DNA from: Camelus dromedarius
Lineage: Eukaryota
Assembly (NCBI RefSeq): GCF_036321535.1
Contig: NC_087436.1
Span: 54,500,001-54,564,000 of the forward strand
Length of the DNA stretch: 64,000 nt
Reading direction: 5' to 3'
Below the pieces are notes generated by a model, which made no database searches, had not been told where the DNA came from, and worked only from the letters and a program-made list of their open reading frames with translations. Below are positions 12,700 to 23,810 of this stretch, piece after piece (position 1 is the stretch's first letter; each line of letters opens with the position of its first letter). Both the position numbers and the translations under genes were made by a program.

Positions 12700-14050
12700 C
12701 TGGTTATCAAAGTATTTTGAGGGCACTCCCCCACCCACAGAGACTTCAGCTCTGATTTTATGTTTAAAAACCGTGGTCCTTCCTCATGTGCATTTTTAAG
12801 TAAATGGACCGACCTGACCAAAGGCAACTGAGAACATCAGTGGCCATTATAGGGAACTTTTGAAATCCCCAAATTTAATTTCCTTGTAATTGAATTGGGC
12901 TACAATAGCTCAAAAATTCCCAAACTGAGTGGAATGCTTATTTGAATAGGTATTTTGAGGCTTCCCAGTGTTATTAGGAGTCTAAAATTGCTTCCCTGCA
13001 AAATAAAGTTTTAAGTTTAACTGAGGCAAACAGAGGATTAACGAAAGATAAAATGAATCCCAAAGCCTCAGGCTCTTCTTCCTTGGCTTCTTGCCATCAG
13101 ACTTCACCTCTAGCTCCATCTTCCTGTTTCCCTCTGTGCCGCCTCTGCCTCTGCAGTTTTCCCATACTAATCGCTTGCCCATAAAACTCTCCCCACTTCA
13201 TTTTCCTCTGAACTTGTGAGAAACCTTCCCTTTAAAATTAAATTTTCTGAGGATCCAGAAGCTAAACCTTTAATTTCTTATGCTCCCTGGACTAAAGCTG
13301 AACTGCGAGCTGTAGTCAAAGATTTTCCCAAAGTAATTGAAAGTCCTCAGATTTGCTAAGAAATTTAATATAGTCGTTTAAACTCACCAACCTTGGTTCT
13401 CTGCTTAGACAATTCATATGCCATTCGGCAAAGACCAGGACCAGTATTGGATGAAAACTGCTAACTGGGAAAATCCTGAAAGGTTATTAGAATTACAACC
13501 AAGAGATTAGCTTACTAAGCTATTATATTATCAGGCTAAATCCATTATTAGGGGATTTCATTGAGCAATTCCTAGAACTTTCCAAAGCCTGTTGATGGGA
13601 ACAAAATTCAGGCTTGTATACAAAAATCTGATGAGCCTGTTCCTGATTAGTATAATCAACTTCAGATTATTTTTAAAGAAAATTCTAGTCTTCCTCAGGT
13701 ATTCATTTCACTCGGGTAGCTTTTAACTCCGTTTATTAACAGGCTGAACCAAGACTTTCCCTTCTAGTAAAAAGGGCCAGGATGGAATGGGAAACTATGT
13801 CTACTCCAGATTTTGTGAATGTGGCAAACCAGCGCTCTTGCTCTGCGGGTGACGCACCTCAAAGCAAGACCGCCAGAATTCTTAAACTTCAACCTCAGCA
13901 AATGAAGGCTCCGAAACAAAACCAAAACTCTTCTAGTTTCTGCTAGTATTGCGAACAGCCAGGACATTAGAAAAGAGATTGTTGCAAATGTAAGTGCTTT
14001 AGGTGCCTTCAGACCTCTGACCAGCCTTTCCAGCTTCCAATTCTCAATGG
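12700..14050 (+). pseudogene. gag: ERV gag pseudogene (many stops and frameshifts)
   Basis: FMFKNRGPSSCAFLSKW..QWPL*GTFEIPK; YAPWTKAELRAVVKDFPK; major homology region IQACIQKSDEPVPD*YNQLQIIF (~13590-13680); zinc knuckle C*YCEQPGH*KRDC at 13941-13982. Confidence 0.85.
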
Positions 14051-17000
14051 CAGGACTCTGAGGAACTACAGGGACTCTTCCCAATCCTCCATCTTAATCA
14101 GTTTGGTAAAACATTTCTCCAGATTAAGGATGAATCTCTTCCAGTTCTAACCGACATGGGGGCCATACTTTGCGTGCTCAACCCCACTACTGTAAAACAG
14201 CCACCGCCTTGTACTACTAAAACAGTTCAAATAGTGGGGAGCTCTAATGAACCTTAAGAGGTTCCTGTCTCTGAGCTGTTCCCTTTTGTTTAGGCCCTTA
14301 AAGAGACACACACCCTGTTCTCTTTCATTCCTCCACCCCTACCTGTTTATTATATTAAGGCTTCTTGGAGAACTGTCATGCCAGAATTTCTCCCAAAAGG
14401 GGGAGATAATTCTAGAATTTGACAGTAGTCGTCAAAGTAGCACACTAAGTGAATTAAATGAATTTACTTGTTCTGTTTCTGATGGTTCTAGAGCAGATTC
14501 TGGAAGCACTGATCATTTGTCCCTATTGAATCAACGACCGTTTTCCTTACGGGCAGAATCTGCAAATGATGTTAGCAAAATTCATACCACATCTCCCATC
14601 AAAATTCAAATAGACTTCTCAAAACCTCCTCTCAAAATTAATCAATACTCTATAAGTAATGAAGCATTTCAAGGCATAAAGCCCATCATAGAAGATTACA
14701 GGGCTCAGGGCCTCCTTACCCCTTGTACCAGTCCCTGCAACACCCCTGTTTTATCTAAGGGCCAAAGGTGGAGGTTTGTGCAGGACATCTGAGCAATAAA
14801 CAACCTTGTTATCCCTGAACACTTTGTTGTTCTAACTCTCATACGTTACTAAACGTTCATTCCCACTGAAAGTAAGTTCCTTACTGTAATTGATTTATGT
14901 AGTGCATTCTTTACTATTCCACTTGATGAAACTAGTCAGTACCTTTTTGCTTTGGCTTGGGAAGGAAAACAGTTCCCCTGGACAATAATGAATCAGGATT
15001 TTACTGAAAGTCCTTATTTTTTGCAAATCCTGAAGGTTGATCTGGATGATATAAAGTTCCTGAGAGGTTCTGCTTTGTTGCAATATGTGGACAATTTGCT
15101 TCTTTACTCTCCTCCTTCAGCCACCTCACAGGAAGACAGCATCCACTTGCTAAAGTTTTTAGCCTCAAAGGAAATAAGGTGCCAAAGAAAAATAGCAGTT
15201 TTCCTAAACCCAGGTTTGATATTTAGGGCATCTGATATCAGATCAAGGGCTACACCTGGATCCAGGTAGATTTCATGGTGTCCCAAGTTTCCCAAAACCC
15301 AAAACTAAGTACCAACTTACAAAGTTTTCTCAGGCTAGTTTGTTATTACCAAAATTGGATTCCAAATTTCTTTCTAATGACAAACCTCTTTATGTTTTAC
15401 TCATAAATAACAACCCTGACCTCATTTTATGGGAGGAACCAGACAACATAACCTTTGAGACCTTAAAGGAGAGTTTGATAAACCCATCTGCCTTTGGGCA
15501 TCCCAATGATCAGATTCTGTTTTCTTTTTTTTATATGAAAAGAAAGAGAAGGAGAATGCCCTTGGGGTACTAACCCCAAAACAGGAGGCACCATCAACCC
15601 ATACGGTATTATAGACAGCACCTGGACCCTTTGCTGTCGGGATATGCCCCTTGCCTACAGCCATTATGGCCACTGCCTTTACAGTTAAAGTCACCAAAAA
15701 AAAAAAAAAAAAAAAGTCACTGTGGGATGCCTTTTAACAGTTTTGGTACCTCATGGAGTAGAAGCTCTCCTCAATTCTCATCGCACTCAACATTTCTCAG
15801 ACGCTGCCTTATCTCTTATAAGTCCTTTTGTTAACTGCTCCTCGCATAACTCTCTTACATTGTAAGAACCTTAATCTCTTACATTATAAGAACCTTAATC
15901 CTGTTTTCCCCTCCATCATCAGTGAAGTCCCTCACAACTCTCTAACACTGATGGACCATCTCCTGACTTCTCATAATGATCTGCAAGAAATTCCACTGGT
16001 TAACGTTAACTTCTCATGGTTCATTGATGATTTTTATTTAAAAGATGACAATGGCAAATATTGTGCTGGGTATGCTGTTACAACCCCTTTTGATGTCATT
16101 GAGGCAGCATCTTTACTTATGGCTACTTCAGCCTAACAGGCTGAATTTTACTCTCTGACATGGGCTTGTACTTTAGCCAAGGACAGAACTGCCATGATTT
16201 ATACTGATAGTAGATGTGCTTTCACAGTGGCTGATGTTCATGATTTTGGAATGCTGTGGAAGCAACATGGCTTCCCTACTTCCAGTGGAAATAAAATTTT
16301 AAATGGCCCCTATGTGCAGGAATTATTGGATGCAATACTTTTTTTGCCTGTCAATTTTGCTATTATTAAGATTCTGGGGCATTGTAAATTTGACTCTCTG
16401 GAAGCTAGGGGAAATCACCTTGCTGACATGTCAAAAAGGAATGCTGCTTGTAAAGGGACAACAGCAGCCAAACCTTTGTCGTGATACAAAGGATACAAAT
16501 GATAATTTAGAAAAGCTCTCTAGAGAAGCCTAACAGTTGACCTCAGAAAAGGTGAAACAAGATTGGAAATTCAACAATTGGTTTGATAAAAAGAGAAAGC
16601 CTTGGTTTGGACCAAATAACAACCCAATTCTACTGGAAACTAAAATTCCTATTTCTCACCTCTGCACATATGTTAAGCCTTTGGTCTGTAGTCAAAATGA
16701 TAGCCTTCAGGTGTTTCAGCAGGTCTGTGCTGTTTGGCTGGTTTTACACCACTTTCATTGTGCTTATGAGACCTTCAATCCTCTGGTTTAGTCAAATGCA
16801 CTTATGGGAAGGGAAAAAGCTGGGAGTTTGAGATTTGCCAATGTTAACCACTATATATAAAAGTGGATTTAAAAAAAACAAATTTCTTCTGTAGAGCACA
16901 CTGGACTGTATTCAATATCTTGTAATAACCTTTAATGAAAAAGAACATGGAAGTGAATATATGTGTATATATATGCATGACTGGGACATTATGCTGTACA

Positions 17001-17575
17001 GAAATTGACACATTATAACTGACTATACTTCAATTAAAAAAAAAAAGACTCAGTTGGCAAAATCTGTAGAATTCCTCCAAGTACCTTGGCCAAAAGCGTT
17101 GTCATTGGTCCTTCTAAATCTGAGACCCATTCTTTTTGGAGCTCATAAACTTTGACTCTTTGAAATAGTCACAGGATGCTTAATGTATGTGGCTTCTGCT
17201 TCCTTTGATTTACAACTAAAAGACGGAGAGATACTCCAATATTGCAAGAGCCCAATTGCTTCTGTTAAAAATAATCATGCTTTGGTAGAGCAATCTTTTC
17301 AGAGTGCACCCTTGGGAGATGAAGACCTTAAGCATCACATCTTACAATCTGGAGACTTGTGTGTGTTGGAAAAGACACCTCCAGAAGAACTGTTTTCAGT
17401 CTCACTGGAGAGGTCCTTATCAGGTACCACTAACCAAAACTTTTGCTGCCAAACTTCAGGAACTAGACTCTTGGATTTACATGACACACCTATAGAACAC
17501 ACCAAACCCTGACTGGAACTACACATCATCTGGTGACATGAAAGTAAACATTTTCCAGAATCGAAGCAGATGATA
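14051..17575 (+). pseudogene. pol: ERV pro-pol pseudogene (protease, RT, RNase H, truncated integrase)
   Basis: Protease VLTDMGA (14144-14164, degenerate DTGA); RT QYSIS..SPCNTPV..WRFVQDI, IDLCSAFF, LLQYVDNLLL (YVDN 15084-15095); RNase H WFIDD..AGYAV..QAE..IYTDSRCAF..GNHLAD; IN HCAY..QSSGLV and WRGPYQV (17406-17426). Confidence 0.92.
16805..17044 (+). mobile_element. 5'-truncated artiodactyl/camelid-type L1 3' end with poly(A), inserted into the ERV integrase
   Basis: tgggagtttgagatttgc...tattcaatatcttgtaataacc...gaaattgacacattataactgactatacttcaatt(A)n; same family as the antisense copies at 51757 and 60130. Confidence 0.85.
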
Positions 17576-17709
17576 TCTGATGAGACAGCTTTCCCAAGAT
17601 ACCTGGACCAGGCCTATTGGCAGTTTGTCTCCAAACCTTGGATGATGACATAATGCTTCAGATGATCTGTAATGACTATTATCTTGATAACATATGGACT
17701 TTATATAAA

Positions 17710-17785
17710 ACATGCCTGAGAATTCTCCCTCCTACCCCTCCTTGTTACATGCCTGAGAATTCTCCCTCCTACCCCTCCTTGTTAC
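17710..17785. repeat. Perfect 37-bp tandem duplication
   Basis: ACATGCCTGAGAATTCTCCCTCCTACCCCTCCTTGTT x2 (17710-17746, 17747-17783) plus AC. Confidence 0.95.
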
Positions 17786-17941
17786 CCAAATGTGACCTTA
17801 ACAGGTTTTCAATCTGTGTACTTTTCCTCTGATGTGAGACACTACACCCAGGAAAGATACTTCCTGCCATTGAGGGAAAAAAAGCCACTGAAATTAAAAA
17901 ATCTGACTCTTGATCAGTGATGCTTTCAGAGAAAGATCTTG

Positions 17942-17956
17942 ATTAAAAGGGGAAAA
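17942..17956 (+). other. Polypurine tract of the provirus
   Basis: ATTAAAAGGGGAAAA immediately before the TGT start of the 3' LTR. Confidence 0.8.
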
Positions 17957-18295
17957 TGTAAAAAAATTAGTAAACACAAACCTCAATTAAATAGAGTTGG
18001 GAGACTAGAAGGGGGAACTCTCATACCTTGCAACATAGCAGAGCCCAACAGAGAGAAGGAAGATTCATCTTTCCTGGCGAGGGCTCAGCCAATGGAAAGC
18101 CACGGATTCTTTGTTTACTGTAGCCCTCCCAACTTCCTTTTCCTTTTTATTAAAGTGTTCTCCTTCCCTTGCTGTGTGGATTCTTGCATGTGGCTTACCA
18201 TGATTACAGACACTGAATTTTAATTCTCTTCTGATCCCAAGTAAACCCATCTTTGCTTGAGAAATATCTAGAGGTCTGTTTATTTTAGGTCAACA
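17957..18295 (+). repeat. 3' LTR of the provirus
   Basis: TGT...TCAACA termini, homologous to the 5' LTR, followed by TSD AAAG. Confidence 0.92.
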
Positions 18296-18534
18296 AAAGA
18301 TTCCTAGTGTAGCTAGATCTAGGGAACAGGGACTCATGGCTGGGCTGGAAAGATTATGTGAAGAATTTCAGATCAGATCAACTACAGTACAAATTTTTAG
18401 AACTCTGGCTTCTTCAGAATCTTCCCATTTTAGAAAATAATCCCATTTCTGATTTTTTTTTTTTTAAAGCACATTGGAACTATTTTTAAAAGAATTGCAA
18501 GGATCTGGTTTCAGGGCACACAGTTGTCCTTTCT

Positions 18535-18866
18535 TGCTATAAACAATGTTTGTATCCTCATAATATTCGTATGTTCAAACCCTAATCCCTAATTTGATGG
18601 TATTTGGAGATACGAACTTTGGGAGGTAACTAGGTAATGAGAGTAGACCCATTACAGATGGGATCAGTGCCCTTTTCAGAAGAGGATGTGAGGATGCAGC
18701 AAGATGTCCCTCTGAGAAACAGGAGGAGGACTCTAACCTGGAACCAAGAGGCCAGCACCTTGATCTTAGACTTCCTAGCCTCCAGAACTATGAGAAATTA
18801 GTATTTGTTGTTTAAGCAACCCAAAATACGATATTTTTGTTATAGCAGTCCAAATTGACTATGATA
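18535..18866 (+). mobile_element. MaLR solo LTR, MLT1A-like
   Basis: tgctat...ccctaatccc..gatggtatttggag...gccagcaccttgatcttagacttcctagcctccagaactatgagaaa...tttgttatagcag. Confidence 0.85.
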
Positions 18867-19384
18867 ACCCCCTTTCTTTGGAAACATTTCTTTCATAATG
18901 TTACAATAATCATTTTTCACTTAATGAACTACAAAATTAAATTTAAAAAACAATTGATGAGTTAAGTTCCAATATTTTGATAAGATGCTAGATATTTAGA
19001 TTTCATAGTATAATTAATTCCAAATTATTTTTGAAAGTAGGTTGAATCCAGACACATGGAACTATCATTTTTATTAGTTAAGTATAAATTAATCTATGTT
19101 TCTTTTCCCTGATTTTCTTTTAAAATTTTCCTATAGTGTTATCTGTAACAGTGAGTTGTGTCAAAATTGTATATAACTGTTAGTGGCTGTTACATATGCA
19201 TAAATTTTGCTGAAATGGTATTGTTGACCAGAGTATCTTTGGCCAGTTGGTAATACTGGTTGCCAAATACCTGCTGCAGTGGGAAATGCAGACTCTGGAG
19301 ACAGGCCTGGGTTTGAATGTTGGCTAAAGCCCTGAGGAATGCTGATTGCCCAACCTCATGATCTTTTCACTCTTTGTTGTACTT

Positions 19385-19558
19385 CTAGAGCAGCTCTGCT
19401 CAAAAGAATTCTCTGAGATAATGAAAATGTTCCATAATATCTGTTAATTGAACAATTAAAGTGTAGATAGGGTGACCACCGAGGAAATGAATTTTATTTA
19501 ATTTTAAACAAATAGCTACATATGGCTAGTGTCTGTTCTGTTGGATAGCAGAGCTACA
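19385..19558. mobile_element. MER3-like hAT-Charlie MITE
   Basis: ctagagcagctctgctcaaaagaatt..gataatgaaaatgttc...aatagctacatatggctagtg...gttggatagcagagcta. Confidence 0.65.
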
Positions 19559-19689
19559 GAGTATAAAAGTAAAAAATTAACCACCATTGCAATCATACCC
19601 AAAATAACAAAATAAAATGAAGAATGAGAGAAGCTTAACTTTTAATCATTAGCAATTTTTAATCAAAACAGCTTATAATTGCATTTCTT

Positions 19690-20178
19690 CTGATATGAAA
19701 AAAAAAGCATTTGACAAAATAAAACATCCTGTCATGATAGAAATGCCCAAAAAATTCGAATTGGAAGGAACATCCTGCTACATACTAAAGGCCACATGTG
19801 ACAAGCTGATAGTTAACATCAGGCTCATTGGTGAAAGGGTGAAAGCTTTTGCTCTTTGCTGGAACTGGAGGGTAGGGAAAATGGAGGAATTATCCATCAA
19901 AGGGCACAACTTCTAGTATTAAGACAAAGATGTTATGGGGATCTAATGTATAGCATGGTGATTGTAGTTAATAATACTCTATTATAAACGTGCAAGTTGC
20001 TGAGAATAGATCTTAAATGCTCTCACCACCGAAAAGAAATGGTAATTATGACTTGATGGGGGTGTTAGTAAACAGTATGGTGGTAATTATTTTGAAATGT
20101 ATAATTGTACCAAGTCAACATGTTGTACATTTACAGTTACCCAATTTATATGACAGTTATATCCCAATAAAGCAAAAG
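19690..20178 (+). mobile_element. L1 fragment: ORF2 piece fused to an L1MA/MB-type 3' end
   Basis: ORF 19695 reads KAFDKIKHPVMI..LEGT..ILKATCDKLIVNIRLIGERVKAF (L1 RT); then 3'UTR gatctaatgtatagcatggtg...gatcttaaatgctctcaccac...atcccaataaagc. Confidence 0.8.
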
Positions 20179-20577
20179 TGCTAAAGATAATAGCAAATGC
20201 ACACAAAAAATAAAAATGACAATGATATTTACTCAGAGGAAAATGCTAAGAAAAGCATATCTTTACAACATAGGCATGAAAAGGATCTTTGATGTTTGTT
20301 TGAAATAATCGTATCTCCATGAAAGTCCAGTAATTTTTCACATAATGAATTGGACCCATTCATCAACATATCTGAAGAAGTAGTGAGAATAAAGTATCTG
20401 TTAACTGACTCAATCCCCATCAAATTATCGTTTTCTTATACTTAAATATTTACCTAGTATAAGCAGGTTTCTATTAATAGACTCCTTGTTACCTAAGATA
20501 GTTTGTACTTACCTGGAAGCACTTACCCTTGATTAATATCTAAAATGGAATTTCTTAAGGAATTCAAATGACTGTTT

Positions 20578-20662
20578 ATGTGTGTGTGTGTGTATGAGAG
20601 AGACAGACAGACAGAAACAGAGAGACAGAGAGAAACAAAGGAACATGCACAGAGAAAGACAG
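20578..20662. repeat. (TG)n followed by a (GA/GACA)n compound microsatellite
   Basis: Direct inspection. Confidence 0.85.
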
Positions 20663-23312
20663 AAATTTTTATCATGGCTTCTAGTTATTTATGTAGAAAA
20701 CTATCAGTGATTGGTCCTTCCTAAACTGTCAAGTAAATAGGTAGAATGTTATAAATTTCACCTGTGGATAGGTGCACACTATCTATTCTAAGTAATAGTC
20801 TATCAGGTAATCTTTATAGCTTGTTCTGTGCTGGTGATTATATTAATGATAACTCGGTGATTATTTTAGGTAATCATAGCTTGTACTATCTACATTACAT
20901 GTGTATATCTTGTGAAGATTCTGATAGGGTGTCCTCTAAAATGAGTGAGTGAGTACTATCTTGTGACTTGATTGCAGACTAGGCGCAGGTAATGAGTGTC
21001 TACATTTGCCTACTACTGAACAGTTGCATAATTCTTATGGGGTAATAATTTGCTATGTGAAACAGTACTATTTTGACTTTAGCTATTTGTGTAGTTTATT
21101 CTAATGTACTGAATACCCACTGAAAAAGTTAATAAACTTACTATAGTGATAAAGATAGTAAATATGCAGTCAGTCCAAACTTTCTTTCACAATATCTACT
21201 TGACCAGTCCAACTGACTGTAGGTTTATAATTGATGATTAAATACAGTATTCATATATAATACTCAATTTTGCTTGCTGCATATGTATAAATCTACAATG
21301 GCATATGGGGAATAGTGGTTTCAATAAGAGATTTGGTAAATTATAAAATAAAATTTTTTAATTAGGTAGTTTACTCCAATTAGTTTGCAAAATTGTGTAA
21401 ATCTGATTAAAGGAGAAAAAATCAACCTCCATTACTGAACCCCAAAGCGTGAGCTTAATGACTATAGATCATCTTAGTGTGGTGCACTTGAAAGTGTAAA
21501 GAGTGATCTATACAAGTAAATGAATGTGTTGAAGAAAATTAAAAGGTTTTTTCTCCTATAAAGGTAGGAACAGTTAAGTCTCAGCCTCCCTCTTAGGAAA
21601 TGAAAAAGCCATGATTTTGAAGTTTTCCCAGAAATAGTCAATTCTAATTCCTTCTTAAACTTGTGATTGCTTTAAAATAGAGTTTAAGTAAAAGTGGAGC
21701 TCATAAAATGAAGTAATAAATTTAGCAGCACAAAAATCTTTCAGAGAAAGGAGAAGGTACACATTTTATTTACTGCCAAGCTCCTATTTGGCATATTTTA
21801 AAGCCTAGGATTAAATCTTTTTTAAGGGATGAGGACTGAACATATTTTGCCTCCAATTATAATATTTTACTTTGAATTTTCAAGAGCCATATATTAATAC
21901 CTAAAAGAAAAAATATATTAGTTGGTATTTTTTTCTGTTTTCCTGATTAAGATAGTGTATAAAAATAATGCTTTAACTCACACAGGCAATGTTTTGTATT
22001 TTCTGAGTGTTATGTGTATGTGTGAGTATGTGTGTAGTATGAAACTCTTGAGTATATTGAAATGTACTTCTCTATGAATAAGAAATCAATGTTGGATATC
22101 ATTTCATAGCTATAACTAATGATCATTACTATCAATTTATTTGCAGAAGTAGATTTCTTTTTTTGCCTAGAAGACAGGTGCAGTTTGAAGGTTACATAGT
22201 GATTATTTATTGTAGATATTCTCTCCTTTTCTCACTTAATCTTGAATTTTTGGTTGGAAACAGATGGGTATTTTATTTCTTTGATTACAGAGATATTGTT
22301 CATTTGATGATAAATGAATAGGAAACTTATAAATTCTTATATCTTAACAACTTCTGTCTCCCTAGGTGTTTAATTTTTAGTTCCTGGACAGTGGAGGCCA
22401 TGACTGTGCCATAGTTATGAACCAAGTACCTAAATAGTTAGGTGCTTAACATAGGCATGTTCAATTTTGTATTGCTATAGGAAGGAGGGCTGCTCTCATT
22501 ATTAGAGTTTCTGATTCAGAAACTTCAGTTTTTTACTTTAACCTCTATTGAAAATTACAGAGAAGTTTACAGAGGCTTTTTATTATGTACGAAAACTGAA
22601 GGCTGAGATATGGGTGCACAGATGAGGATGTGGCTTTTCTGATGAGTTTGATTCATATACCAGAAGAGTCTGAGGTTTTGCTTATAAAAATGGCTTTTGA
22701 GGGAGTGGCTAATCTCTTGCCTTTCAGGTTCTTGTCTTGTTAGACAAGTTAACTAAGCAACTTTGAGCTTATTAAGAGAATAGAGACTGAGGAAATGCCT
22801 TGCCAAGTAACGTTACATTGCTTGCTTTGAATTCCCTTTCTTTGACGACTAACTTGAGAAATAAATCTAACAAGATGTATGATGTTTCCATGGTCTTTCA
22901 ATCAGTAATTCTGAAGGATTCTTACAAAATGGGCACATACCTGTAGTTGTACATGTGTTATGCCCCCCTTTTTTTTGAGGACTTTTAACATCCTTTGGAT
23001 CATGAGTTTGAATATTCATGATTATTTTTAGTTCACATATCATAGACTATTTTTGCTGAAACAATTAAGATATTTTATTTAAGCATTTTACAACTAGTGT
23101 TAAGAGAAAAACTTCCCAAAGGTGTGAAAATATATAATTATTAGACAAACATTTTTAAAGACTTTTAGAGTTCTTAAAGTAATAATCTATACTTTGACTC
23201 CCCACAAGTGACGTCTTTTAATATAGGATTTCACAAGCTTATTTGGCTGCATAATTTTTTGTTCTCAGCAATCAGAAATCATGTCCTTAAACTGTAGTCA
23301 CATGAAATATTA

Positions 23313-23712
23313 TGTGTAGGCAGAACAGTGGCCCCTCATGTCCATGTCCTAATCCCCAGAAATTGTTAAGTATTTTACCTTACATGGCAACCTAATTAAG
23401 GTTAAATTAAAGGCCTTGAGGTGAGGAGATTATTCTGTATTATCTGTGTAGACCCAGAATAATCAAATGACTTTTTAAAAGCCATTGATGGCTTTGAAGA
23501 TGAAGGAAGGTGGGGCATGAGCCAAGGGATGGATACAGGCAGCTTGCAGAAGCTGGAAAACACAAGGAAACAGATTTTTCCCTGGAGCCTCCAGAAATGA
23601 ACACATCCATGCTGACACCTTGATTTTTGCTCAGGGAGATCTATGTTGGACTTCAGACCCATAGAACTATAGAATAAATTGTGTTACCAGCCTCTAAATT
23701 TGTAGTAATTTG
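23313..23712 (+). mobile_element. MaLR solo LTR, MLT1D-like
   Basis: aggcagaacagtggcccc..tgtccatgtcctaatcccc...tggctttgaagatgaagga...aaggaaacagatttttccctggagcctccagaa...gctgacaccttgatttt. Confidence 0.85.
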
Positions 23713-23810
23713 GGAAATGCTGGTTTAATTCTAACTTCTTTTGTTGATGAGAAAAAATGAGGCCCAGTGATGTTAAAGATGTTTGACAAGTTCAAAATAT
23801 TTTTTACTTT

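Larger units (their letters stand above)
11846..18295 (+). mobile_element. Decayed full-span class I (ERV1, gammaretrovirus-like) provirus: LTR-PBS-gag-pro-pol-(no env)-PPT-LTR
   Basis: Two homologous LTRs both ending TCAACA; 4-bp TSD AAAG (11842-11845 and 18296-18299); PBS, PPT and gag/pro/RT/RH/IN motifs in canonical order. Confidence 0.93.

Noticed and set aside
14247..17512. Functional or domesticated retroviral proteins from the longer ORFs (181, 105, 102, 96, 109 aa)
   Set aside because: These are fragments of a frameshifted pol with mutated catalytic motifs (DMGA, YVDN) and a deleted IN core; no sign of ORF preservation
17710..17785. CRISPR-like repeat (37 bp)
   Set aside because: Two adjacent copies with no spacer, in mammalian ERV sequence
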